From Bacteroidota bacterium (lineage in GTDB: Bacteria > Bacteroidota > Ignavibacteria > UBA10030 > SZUA-254), in the NCBI GenBank assembly GCA_035495255.1, contig DATJGD010000012.1:34775-98774 (forward strand): a stretch of 64,000 nucleotides of DNA, read 5' to 3'. Below, piece by piece: positions 29,677 through 38,673 of the stretch; the stretch's first letter is position 1, and every line of letters begins with the position of its first letter. Position numbers and translations under genes: made by a program. The notes under the pieces are model-generated. The model was not told the DNA's origin. It saw only the letters and a list, made by a program, of their open reading frames with translations, and made no database searches.

Positions 29677-31062
29677 CTACTTCTTCGCCTTTAATGTTTT
29701 TAAAAATTCTTCGCCATATTTCCAGATATCGCCTGCGCCCATCGTGATGACGATGTCGTTTTCTTTCACCGTATTCATCAGCACGTCGACGACCTTCTTT
29801 TTGTCGGGGACATACCGGGCGTCCTTGTGCCCGTACTGTTTTGCCGCGTTCACGATGAGCTCACCTGTGACTCCCTGAATAGGCTCTTCGCGGGCCGGGT
29901 AAACGTCCGTGACAATGAGAAGATCCGAGAGCAGGAACGCTTTTCCGAAATCTTCGTAGAAATCCCGCGTCCGCGAATAGAGGTGCGGCTGGAAGACACA
30001 GACGACGCGCCTCCTCCAGCCCGCTTTCGCGCCCGAGAGCGTGGCACGGCATTCCGTGGGATGATGAGCGTAGTCGTCAAATACTTCGACGCCTTTCGCT
30101 TCTCCTTTTTTCTCCCACCGGCGGTAGACACCGCTGAACTTTTCAATCCCGGATTTAACCTTTGCAAACGGGACGCCAAGTTCGAGACCGACCGCGATGG
30201 CTGCCAGAGCGTTCTGGACGTTATGTTTGCCCGGGATTTGCAGCGTAACGATTCCTAACTCCTTCGCCCCCCGGACAATCGTACAGGTCGTCGTATTGTC
30301 CTTGTGTTGGAGATCCAGCGCCTGGATATCGGCCTGGGGGTTTAATCCATACGTGATGATTTTTTTCTTGTTGAGCTGCGGCATAATGTCCTGAAGCGCC
30401 GGCTCGTCGAGGCAGAGCACGACGAATCCGTAAAAAGGAACCCTGCTCGCGAACTGGACAAACGCCCCCTTGATATCGTCGAGGTCCCGGTAACAGTCGA
30501 GATGATCGGTCTCGAGCGTCGTGAGAACCGCGATCGTCGGCGTAAGGGAGAGAAACGACCGGTCGAATTCGTCCGCTTCGACGACGATAAAGTCGCCTTT
30601 GCCGAGACGCGCGTTCGTTCCGCCAAGGCCGCTGAGCTTGCCGCCGACGATAACTGTGGGATCGAGGCCCCCTTCCATCAGGACGAGGCTGATCATCGAT
30701 GTCGTCGTCGTTTTTCCGTGCGTGCCCGCGATGCCGATGCCATATTTTAACCGCATGACCTCGGCGAGCATCTCCGCGCGCCGGATAATCGGAATGCTTC
30801 TCCGCTGCGCTTCGACGACCTCCGGGTTATCGAGGCCAACGGCGGAAGAGTACACCAGCGCGTCGACGTCCGGCAGAACGTTCGCGGCTTTATGCCCCTC
30901 GAGAACCGCCGCACCGAGCTGCTGGAGACGCTCGGTCACTTCGCTCAACGCCCTGTCCGATCCGCTGACGCGAAATCCCTGGTCGAGCAGGATCTCGGCG
31001 ATGCCGCTCATGCCGATGCCGCCGATGCCCACAAAATGTATTTTTTTAATTGAGCTGAACAT
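29677..31062 (-). CDS. murC: UDP-N-acetylmuramate--L-alanine ligase
   Basis: 461 aa Mur ligase. IHFVGIGGIGMSGIA, GTHGKTTTTSM. Confidence 0.9.
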   Translation of the reverse strand: MFSSIKKIHFVGIGGIGMSGIAEILLDQGFRVSGSDRALSEVTERLQQLGAAVLEGHKAANVLPDVDALVYSSAVGLDNPEVVEAQRRSIPIIRRAEMLAEVMRLKYGIGIAGTHGKTTTTSMISLVLMEGGLDPTVIVGGKLSGLGGTNARLGKGDFIVVEADEFDRSFLSLTPTIAVLTTLETDHLDCYRDLDDIKGAFVQFASRVPFYGFVVLCLDEPALQDIMPQLNKKKIITYGLNPQADIQALDLQHKDNTTTCTIVRGAKELGIVTLQIPGKHNVQNALAAIAVGLELGVPFAKVKSGIEKFSGVYRRWEKKGEAKGVEVFDDYAHHPTECRATLSGAKAGWRRRVVCVFQPHLYSRTRDFYEDFGKAFLLSDLLIVTDVYPAREEPIQGVTGELIVNAAKQYGHKDARYVPDKKKVVDVLMNTVKENDIVITMGAGDIWKYGEEFLKTLKAKK

Positions 31063-31086
31063 TTAGACTACAACGTGTTTATGTGT

Positions 31087-31449
31087 CTACTTTCCAAACA
31101 TCATCTGTGCTGCGATCAAGAATAAGGCGCCGCCGAAAATTCGTTTCAACATGACATCCGGAAGCTGCGTTGCGATCGATCCCCCGAAATATCCGCCCAC
31201 GAGGAAGCCTACGCACATGAGCCCCGCGACTTTAATGTCGACATGGCCGGCCTGGTAATACTTAAGGGCTGCCAGGATGCCGATCGGCGGTATGAGCATT
31301 GCCAGCGTCGTTCCCTGCGCCATATGCTGCTGCCATCCGAAGATGTAGACGAGAGCGGGAATAATGAACACTGCGCCGCCGATTCCAAGGATTCCGGCAA
31401 GGACGCCTACCACAAGGCCCAATATGACATACCATATCTCCATATTCAT
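31087..31449 (-). CDS. half-size TauE/SafE (TSUP/DUF81) family membrane protein
   Basis: 120 aa with four predicted TM helices and Gly-rich motifs (GILGIGGAVFIIP ... GFLVGGYFGGS) typical of one 4-TM repeat of TSUP transporters. Inserted between murG and murC. Confidence 0.6.
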   Translation of the reverse strand: MNMEIWYVILGLVVGVLAGILGIGGAVFIIPALVYIFGWQQHMAQGTTLAMLIPPIGILAALKYYQAGHVDIKVAGLMCVGFLVGGYFGGSIATQLPDVMLKRIFGGALFLIAAQMMFGK

Positions 31450-31458
31450 CCTTTCAGA

Positions 31459-31974
31459 TTAACCCAGTGAACGTCGAAAACCCATGACCGGTTTTTTCGG
31501 TTTGGGAACAAGGCCCGAAATGCGATGCATCTCCGACAGCAGTTCTTTTTCGCGCTCGTATCTTCCGATGCGTATCCTGAACCATCGGCGGCGGTCGTGA
31601 GTTTTGAAGACGACCACCTGGGAACGGCCGGCGGTGCGCACGCCGCTTTCTCTTCCGATATGGAACCACTCGATATTTGCCAGCGAGATCCGCCGTTCAT
31701 GAAACTTGTTGTGAAATATAATTTCGTCCCCTGCCAGAATGAGCTTACGGTCGCGCGCCCGGTTCAGCATCAATACGATAAACGATATCGCCACAAACAA
31801 GATGATGATATAGAGTATCGGATCGGCAATGAGCGTCGGCATTCGATCGAACGTAATCGTGCCGCGGATCCCGCCATAAAATATCAGCGTGATCATATAC
31901 AGGAGCGCCTGCTGATAATAGAAATCAAGCTTGTATTTGAATACCCGCGCATCGTGTTGTAACGTTCCTTCCAT
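31459..31974 (-). CDS. hypothetical membrane protein: 2 TM helices plus a bacterial-PH-like (YdbS/DUF304-like) soluble domain
   Basis: 171 aa. Two hydrophobic helices followed by a ~90-aa basic domain. The architecture resembles bPH_2 proteins; the assignment is tentative. Immediately downstream of murG (3-nt gap). Confidence 0.5.
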   Translation of the reverse strand: MEGTLQHDARVFKYKLDFYYQQALLYMITLIFYGGIRGTITFDRMPTLIADPILYIIILFVAISFIVLMLNRARDRKLILAGDEIIFHNKFHERRISLANIEWFHIGRESGVRTAGRSQVVVFKTHDRRRWFRIRIGRYEREKELLSEMHRISGLVPKPKKPVMGFRRSLG

Positions 31975-31977
31975 ACT

Positions 31978-33078
31978 CTAGTTTCTTGCCGCCAGCGCGA
32001 TCGCCCTTTTCGCGATATCGCTTGCCGCGTCCGGCTTGCCCAGGCTCTTGCTCTTTTTTCCGATTTCGTTCAAACGTCCTTCGTCAAGCAGCGAAACGAC
32101 CATGTTCAACAGATCGTGCGAAGCCATCTTGTCGTCCAACACTTCTGCAGCTCCTTCAGCCTTGAGGGCAGAGGCATTCTCTGCCTGGTGATTCGCCGCC
32201 GCGTGCGGATATGGTATCAGCAATGCCGCTTTGCCAAGCCGCGTGAGCTCGGCGATCGTTGTCGCGCCGGCGCGGCACACAACGAGGTCGCTCACGGCAT
32301 ATGCGTAGTCCATACGGTCAAGAAACGCACCGACCCAAAAGTCGCTCGGCGGATAGCTCCCGCCGGCTTGCTGCGCGGCCGCAAAATCCTGTTCTCCTGT
32401 CTGCCAAATGAGGCGCAAGCCGGTATTCATAAGCTTTTCGAGATTAGACTGAACGGCAACATTTATCGAATGTGCGCCAAGACTTCCTCCGAACACGAGG
32501 AGCGTTTTTTTGGGCGCAGCCTCAAATCCGAAATACCGCAGCGCTTCGCCCCGGTCGGCGTGTTCAAGATCCGATCGCGTCGGATTTCCGGAAAGGATGA
32601 TATTGTCCTTGCGCTTGAAAAAGTCTCCCGAACCGGGAAACGAAACATGGACTTCGTTCGCTTTCATGGCAAGAATCCTGGTCGTCACGCCGGGAAAACT
32701 ATTCTGCTCCTGAATGATCGTCGGGATACCGCGCATCATCGCCGCGCGCAGAACGGGCCCCGACACGTAGCCGCCGGTCCCGATGACGACATCGGGCTTG
32801 AATTTCGCTATGATCGAATGTGCCTGTATCATTCCAATAACCAGTTTCAACGGGAAGAGCAGATTGCTGAGATGAAATCCGCGCCTGAATCCGCTGATCC
32901 AAATCGTCCTGAATTCATATCCGTGTTTCGGAACGACTCTCGCCTCCAGCTTATTTTTCGTTCCGACAAAAAGTATCTTCGCAGACGGTTCGAGCCTTCG
33001 TAGTTCAGCCGCGATCGCAATCGCGGGAAACAAGTGACCGCCTGTACCGCCTCCTGCAAACATGGCGCGTATCGGCAC
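31978..33078 (-). CDS. murG: undecaprenyldiphospho-muramoylpentapeptide beta-N-acetylglucosaminyltransferase
   Basis: 366 aa. GGTGGHLFPA N-terminus and a GT-B fold. Confidence 0.9.
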   Translation of the reverse strand: MPIRAMFAGGGTGGHLFPAIAIAAELRRLEPSAKILFVGTKNKLEARVVPKHGYEFRTIWISGFRRGFHLSNLLFPLKLVIGMIQAHSIIAKFKPDVVIGTGGYVSGPVLRAAMMRGIPTIIQEQNSFPGVTTRILAMKANEVHVSFPGSGDFFKRKDNIILSGNPTRSDLEHADRGEALRYFGFEAAPKKTLLVFGGSLGAHSINVAVQSNLEKLMNTGLRLIWQTGEQDFAAAQQAGGSYPPSDFWVGAFLDRMDYAYAVSDLVVCRAGATTIAELTRLGKAALLIPYPHAAANHQAENASALKAEGAAEVLDDKMASHDLLNMVVSLLDEGRLNEIGKKSKSLGKPDAASDIAKRAIALAARN

Positions 33079-33079
33079 A

Positions 33080-34258
33080 TCAATAGACCTTTCCTGCCAC
33101 GGCCTGGCCGATCACGACCGGCTGCGGAGCTTCTGCAGGCGCGCTTGTCCTCGCCCTCGGGTGCAGATCCGTCTGCGAAGAGATGTTCAGCAGTACGCCG
33201 ATCGCGCACGCGGAGAACACCATCGATGATCCGCCGTAGCTCACGAACGGCATCGGCAGCCCGGTTGTGGGAAGTATTCCCAGCGTCACGCCGGCATTGA
33301 TGAGCGCGTAGAGCGTGATCGCCGATGTTATCGCGATCGCGAGGTTTCTTCCGAACGAATCCGCCGCATATTTTGCGATCTTGAATCCGCGGATCATAAT
33401 GATCGCAAAGAGGGACATAAAGAACATTGTCCCGATGAAGCCGTATTCTTCTCCGACGATGGAGAAGACAAAATCGCCGTACGATTCCGGCAGGAAAAAG
33501 TCACGCTGCCTGCTTTCACCGGGGCCGACGCCGAAGATGCCGCCGTTCCCGAATCCCAGGATGCCCTGCCACAACTGGTAGTGGGACTTCCCTGCTCCGT
33601 TGCTGCCGCTCAAAAAGGCCATTATTCGCGCCCGGCGGTATTCAGCGCTCATCATATATAATAGTATGACGGGGACCAGCACCGCGAAGGTCAGGCCAAG
33701 GTGCGAAAGACGCGCGCGGCCCATGAACAGCATGACAAGGCTCAGCAAAAATATCATCGAGCCCATGCTGAAATTCGGCTGAAGCATCACGAGCAGCGTG
33801 ATGCTTCCGATCCAGACCATCATCGGAACGAAGCCGCGCCTGAAATCCTGGATGAGCTCGTCCTTGACAGCAATCAACGTACAGAGATGAAAGAGGAGCG
33901 CATACTTCGCGAATTCGGAGGGCTGAAACCCCAGGCTGCCGAACCGCAGCCAGCGCGTGGCCCCTTTTGCTTCGCCGCCGAGAACGAGTGTTATCATGAG
34001 CAATCCGACTGCTCCGATTACAGCAAGTTTTGTAAACCGCTGCACCTTGTGATAATCGATCCGCATCGCGACGAACATCCCGATGATCCCGAGGAGAACT
34101 TTCACGGCATGCGTGAGGAGCATCTTCTCGCTCTCGCCGTATTTCACAAAGGCATAGGACGAGGAGGCGCTGTAGACGATCCCGAGGCTCAGCAGCATCA
34201 GCGTGAGCACGGAGATCATAACGGCGACGTCGATATGGTTACGTTGCGTTGCGAACAT
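33080..34258 (-). CDS. ftsW: SEDS peptidoglycan glycosyltransferase FtsW
   Basis: 392 aa polytopic SEDS protein in the dcw position between murD and murG. Confidence 0.9.
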   Translation of the reverse strand: MFATQRNHIDVAVMISVLTLMLLSLGIVYSASSSYAFVKYGESEKMLLTHAVKVLLGIIGMFVAMRIDYHKVQRFTKLAVIGAVGLLMITLVLGGEAKGATRWLRFGSLGFQPSEFAKYALLFHLCTLIAVKDELIQDFRRGFVPMMVWIGSITLLVMLQPNFSMGSMIFLLSLVMLFMGRARLSHLGLTFAVLVPVILLYMMSAEYRRARIMAFLSGSNGAGKSHYQLWQGILGFGNGGIFGVGPGESRQRDFFLPESYGDFVFSIVGEEYGFIGTMFFMSLFAIIMIRGFKIAKYAADSFGRNLAIAITSAITLYALINAGVTLGILPTTGLPMPFVSYGGSSMVFSACAIGVLLNISSQTDLHPRARTSAPAEAPQPVVIGQAVAGKVY

Positions 34259-35651
34259 TTCCTAATTCATTGACAAGTTGTTTGAACACGCGCCCGCGGT
34301 GCTCGTAATTTTCGAACCAGTCGAACGATGCGCATGCCGGTGAAAGCAGGACGACATCTCCGCTCGCCGCGAGCGACGCCGCGCTCGTCACGGCTTCGGG
34401 CATCGAGCGGGCAATCACGACATTCCGAACCTTGCCGAATTCGCGCTCTACCGTTCCGGCCGATTCGCCGATTGCCACGATCGCCTTTACATGTTGCTCT
34501 ACGAGATCGTAGAGCCTCGTATAATCATTGCCTTTGTCGCGCCCGCCCAGAAGAAGCACGATAGGCTCCTTGAATGACTGAAGCGCGTACCAGACCGAGT
34601 CGACGTTCGTCGCTTTCGAATCGTTCACGTACTTCACGCCGTCGACTTCCCTGACAAATTCAAGCCTGTGCTCGACCCCTTTGAAATTCCTGAGTGTCGC
34701 ACGCGCCGATCCGGGAGTCACACCCATGATCTGGGCCGCGAGAACGGCCGCCATCGAATTGTACAAATTATGTACGCCCTTAATGCTGATTTCGTCGACT
34801 GGAACAATTTCGGTCCGCTTCCCAGCCAGCGAAGTCACGAGGTGACCGTCCTCGATAAAGGCCCCCTCTTCAAATCGTTCGGTCGCGCTGAACGGAACCG
34901 CGTGCACGTGCAGGCTCGCCATCCGCCGCGCGCATTCGCGCGTCTCTTCGTCATCGTACGAGTAAATAAGAAAATCGTCGGCCGTCTGGTTTTCGAAGAT
35001 TCTGCATTTTGACGCGATATACTTTTCCAATGAATGCTCGTACCGGTCGAGATGGTCCGGCGTGATGTTCAGGATGACGGACACCTTCGGATGAAACGAT
35101 TCAATGTCGTCGAGCTGAAAGCTGCTGACTTCAAGGACCGCGATCGATTCCGGCGTCATCTCCGGTATCGCCGAGGAAAATGCCTTGCCGATGTTCCCCG
35201 CAACGACAGGAGACTTTTTGGCGTCCTCGAGCAATCGTCCTGCCAGCGTCGTGGTCGTCGTCTTCCCGTTCGTACCGGTAATGGCGACGATCGGCGAAGG
35301 GCAATACCAGCTTGCCGCTTCGAGCTCGCTGACGATCCGGATTCCCCGGCCTTTGATACTCTGAACGATTTCCGCGGTCGAAGGAACTCCGGGGCTCAGC
35401 ACCACAAGGTCGGCGTCCAGCACGCGATTCGAATGCGATCCCACTTCGAACTCCACCCCGATGGATTCGAGATCCGGAATTTGCGCGCGCAGCTTCTCGC
35501 GTGAAGAGCTGTCGCTGACAAACACGTTCGCTCCGTGCGAGACCAGGAGCCGTGCTACGGCGATGCCGCTGCGGGCAGCGCCGATCACCGATATGTTCAT
35601 TCCCGCAACCGGGTTATTCGTACTCACTTCCTTTTCGTAAAGTATCTCCAC
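34239..35651 (-). CDS. murD: UDP-N-acetylmuramoylalanine--D-glutamate ligase
   Basis: 470 aa. GAARSG Rossmann N-terminus, GTNGKTTTT P-loop. Confidence 0.9.
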   Translation of the reverse strand: MEILYEKEVSTNNPVAGMNISVIGAARSGIAVARLLVSHGANVFVSDSSSREKLRAQIPDLESIGVEFEVGSHSNRVLDADLVVLSPGVPSTAEIVQSIKGRGIRIVSELEAASWYCPSPIVAITGTNGKTTTTTLAGRLLEDAKKSPVVAGNIGKAFSSAIPEMTPESIAVLEVSSFQLDDIESFHPKVSVILNITPDHLDRYEHSLEKYIASKCRIFENQTADDFLIYSYDDEETRECARRMASLHVHAVPFSATERFEEGAFIEDGHLVTSLAGKRTEIVPVDEISIKGVHNLYNSMAAVLAAQIMGVTPGSARATLRNFKGVEHRLEFVREVDGVKYVNDSKATNVDSVWYALQSFKEPIVLLLGGRDKGNDYTRLYDLVEQHVKAIVAIGESAGTVEREFGKVRNVVIARSMPEAVTSAASLAASGDVVLLSPACASFDWFENYEHRGRVFKQLVNELGNVRNAT

Positions 35652-35653
35652 TC

Positions 35654-36778
35654 TTACCGTACCTTAAACGTCGCCAGGCTGAGGATCATCAACAAGATCG
35701 CCGCGATATAAAACCGTGTAACGATCTTGGGCTCGGGCCATCCGCACATTTCAAAATGATGATGGAGCGGCGCCATTTTAAAAATCCGCCTTCCTTCTCC
35801 GTATTTCTTTTTTGTGTACTTAAAGTAGTACCGCTGAATGATGACGGAGACCGTTTCCATGAGAAACACGCCGCCAAGAATGGGCAGCATGAGTTCTTTT
35901 TTAATGAGGACGCAGAGAGCTCCGATCGCGCCGCCCAGCGCAAGAGATCCGGTGTCACCCATGAACACTTGCGCCGGGTAGGCGTTGAACCAGAGAAACC
36001 CGAGCGACGCTCCCACCAGCGCCGCGCAGTAGATGCTGAGCTCTCCGTTCCCTTTGAGAAAAGGAATGGTTAAATACTGGCTCACATCAAAACGTCCTGA
36101 CACATAACAGATAATCGCCAACGTCAACCCCACGATCCCGACCGTGCCCGCCGCCAACCCGTCGAGCCCGTCGGTAAGATTCACCGCGTTGCTCGTTGCC
36201 GTAATGACGAACACGACCATGGGCACGTAGAGCAGGCCAAAATCAAATACCCTGTTCTTGAAAAACGGGACAGTCGTGCTCGATTTATATTTCACCAGCG
36301 TCGCGTCGATCCACTCGGGATAAAAATAAATAACTCCGCCGACGATCAATCCGACAATGACCTGGCCGACGAGTTTGTACTCTTCGATAAGCCCTTTTCT
36401 TTTTTTCTTCACGACCTTCAGATAGTCGTCAAGAAATCCCACAGCCCCAAGCCACACCGTGACGAACAATATGAGAATGACATAGCCGTTCTTGATATCG
36501 GCCCAGAGCACCGCGGGTATCAATGTCGCGGAAAGCACGATCAGGCCGCCCATCGTCGGCGTGCCCGCTTTCGACAAATGCGATTTCGGGGCTTCGAGTT
36601 TCGCCGACTCGCCTATCTGAAGCCGTTTCAGGAGCCTGATGACTTTCGGCCCGAGCCAGAACGCGATGACCAGCGCCGTGAGAGCCGCAGCCCCCGCCCG
36701 GAACGTAATGTACCGGAACACTCCCACGCCGGGAATATGAAACTGACGCCTCAGATACTCGAAGAGATAAATGAACAT
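35654..36778 (-). CDS. mraY: phospho-N-acetylmuramoyl-pentapeptide transferase
   Basis: 374 aa polytopic membrane protein with NAVNLTDGLDGLA and the HHHFE motif. Confidence 0.95.
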   Translation of the reverse strand: MFIYLFEYLRRQFHIPGVGVFRYITFRAGAAALTALVIAFWLGPKVIRLLKRLQIGESAKLEAPKSHLSKAGTPTMGGLIVLSATLIPAVLWADIKNGYVILILFVTVWLGAVGFLDDYLKVVKKKRKGLIEEYKLVGQVIVGLIVGGVIYFYPEWIDATLVKYKSSTTVPFFKNRVFDFGLLYVPMVVFVITATSNAVNLTDGLDGLAAGTVGIVGLTLAIICYVSGRFDVSQYLTIPFLKGNGELSIYCAALVGASLGFLWFNAYPAQVFMGDTGSLALGGAIGALCVLIKKELMLPILGGVFLMETVSVIIQRYYFKYTKKKYGEGRRIFKMAPLHHHFEMCGWPEPKIVTRFYIAAILLMILSLATFKVR

Positions 36779-37285
36779 CTACCTGGCCCTGTGAAATACT
36801 CTGCGTTCGGTGTGCTTCTCTTTGCCTTCGGGCGTCTTCTGGAGGACCGATATCTGAAGCGTATTGGCGTCGGTTAATTCCCATGTATCCGATTGGGAAT
36901 ACTTTTCCAGTTCAGGAGTGCCGACATGCTGTTCGACCCTTGAATCAACCACAAAGTGCTTTCCGCCCGACTTCCACGACGCTTTGATCCACCGCGCCGA
37001 TTTGCGTGCGGTGTCCGCGCGAAATACTTCGTTTCCGTTCAGCGCGTATGCCGTAAACGGTAATTTGACATCCTGTCCCATTCCCTTCATCGAAGCGACG
37101 GTGACGATCGAGTCGCGGGTCTGGCGGATATTCATAATAAATGAGTCAATATTTTTGAACGATTCGGGAAGATTCTCGCTTTTCTTCAGATCCAATTGCC
37201 ATGCGCCGGAAAAATCGGCGTGCTTCAACGATTGAAACCCGAACAACGCTGCAGCGAGAACCGCAATGAATATTTTTATCTTCAT
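36779..37285 (-). CDS. secreted hypothetical protein, lipocalin-like (GxW N-terminal motif), embedded in the dcw operon
   Basis: 168 aa. Signal peptide MKIKIFIAVLAAALFGFQS, then FSGAWQLDLKKSEN (lipocalin-style GxW) and a beta-rich remainder. Its start overlaps the murF stop; its stop abuts the mraY start. Confidence 0.5.
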   Translation of the reverse strand: MKIKIFIAVLAAALFGFQSLKHADFSGAWQLDLKKSENLPESFKNIDSFIMNIRQTRDSIVTVASMKGMGQDVKLPFTAYALNGNEVFRADTARKSARWIKASWKSGGKHFVVDSRVEQHVGTPELEKYSQSDTWELTDANTLQISVLQKTPEGKEKHTERRVFHRAR

Positions 37286-38673
37286 TTTTTTACTCCTGAC
37301 ATTGTGTTCTGAACATACGCAACGACTTCTTCCATTTTCATTCCACGCGATCCCTTGACAAGCACGATATCGCCGGGAGAAAGCTTTGACGCCAGGTATC
37401 GTGAAAGCTCCTGTTTGTCGTTAAAGTGCATCCCATGTTGTACTCGCGCTCCTTTGCCGATCTCTTCGCCCATGCTTCCGAACGTGAGAAGGCGATCGAA
37501 GCCGAGCGCACGCACGGCGGAGCCTACCGTACGATGCTCCTCGGCCGAGGCGTCTCCGAGCTCGAGCATGTCGGCGAGTACGACGAATTTTGTTCCGCTC
37601 GTTTTCATCGCGGCGAGCGACTCCAGCGCTGAGACCACGGAGTCGGGGTTCGCGTTGTAGGTATCGTTGATAATCGTAACCCCGCCGGCGTTGACGATCT
37701 GCATCCGTTTTCCGACGGCCGTGAATTCTTTCAACCCTTTCTGTATGTTCCGGACTTCAACGCCCTGGGATAATCCTACCGTCGCCGCGGCGAGGGCATT
37801 CAGCGCCATATGTTTTCCGGGAACTGTGAGCTCAATAGTGAATTCAGGAACATTTTTTGAGCTTACGGAAATCGAAGTGCGTGCTTCCGGATCAATATTG
37901 ACGATCCTGCCGAAGACATCGGCTTCCTTCTGCGAGAAACCGTAGGTCACTTTCGTTCGGGGCTTTGACGCCTGCTTCTCCAGATGGCGGTCATCGGCGT
38001 TGACATAGGCGGTACCGCCGCTTGCCAATGCGTCAAAGAGCTCCCCCTCTGCCTGAGCTACGCCATCGAGGTTTTTGAAAAACTCCATGTGCTCGTGCCC
38101 GATGTTTGTAATAATACCGTGCGTCGGCTCAAGGATGCCGCAGAGATACCGCAGCTCGCCAAAATGGTTTGTCCCGATTTCGATCACAGCCTTCTCATGA
38201 TGTTGTTCAAGCTTCAACAGCGTTAACGGAACGCCGATATGATTATTGAGATTTCCTTCCGTGTTGAGCACGTCGTATTGAGTTCTGAGAACCGAAGAAA
38301 TCATTTCTTTTGTCGTCGTCTTTCCGTTGCTTCCCGCCACCGCGATGAACGGGATCTTAAATTTTTTCCGAACCACATTTGCCACGCGCCCCAGCGCTTT
38401 CGTCGTGTCGTTGACGATAAACAGCGGGTGCTTCGTGGCGGCTTCAAGATTCGCATTCTTGTCGACGACGGCGCCCAGGGCGCCCCTCGCCATTGCCGCA
38501 TCGACGAACCGGTGGCCGTCGAACGATTCGCCCCGCAGCGCAAAGAACAACTCACCCTGTCGTATCGTGCGGGAGTCGGTAGAAACTCCCGTCAATGCCA
38601 TGCCACGTGTCGCTTCAATATTCCGCGCATGAACATCGCCGATGCTCAGGAGATCATCGATCGTAACAGTCAT
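37282..38673 (-). CDS. murF: UDP-N-acetylmuramoyl-tripeptide--D-alanyl-D-alanine ligase
   Basis: 463 aa Mur ligase. GSNGKTTTKEM. Confidence 0.9.
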   Translation of the reverse strand: MTVTIDDLLSIGDVHARNIEATRGMALTGVSTDSRTIRQGELFFALRGESFDGHRFVDAAMARGALGAVVDKNANLEAATKHPLFIVNDTTKALGRVANVVRKKFKIPFIAVAGSNGKTTTKEMISSVLRTQYDVLNTEGNLNNHIGVPLTLLKLEQHHEKAVIEIGTNHFGELRYLCGILEPTHGIITNIGHEHMEFFKNLDGVAQAEGELFDALASGGTAYVNADDRHLEKQASKPRTKVTYGFSQKEADVFGRIVNIDPEARTSISVSSKNVPEFTIELTVPGKHMALNALAAATVGLSQGVEVRNIQKGLKEFTAVGKRMQIVNAGGVTIINDTYNANPDSVVSALESLAAMKTSGTKFVVLADMLELGDASAEEHRTVGSAVRALGFDRLLTFGSMGEEIGKGARVQHGMHFNDKQELSRYLASKLSPGDIVLVKGSRGMKMEEVVAYVQNTMSGVKK

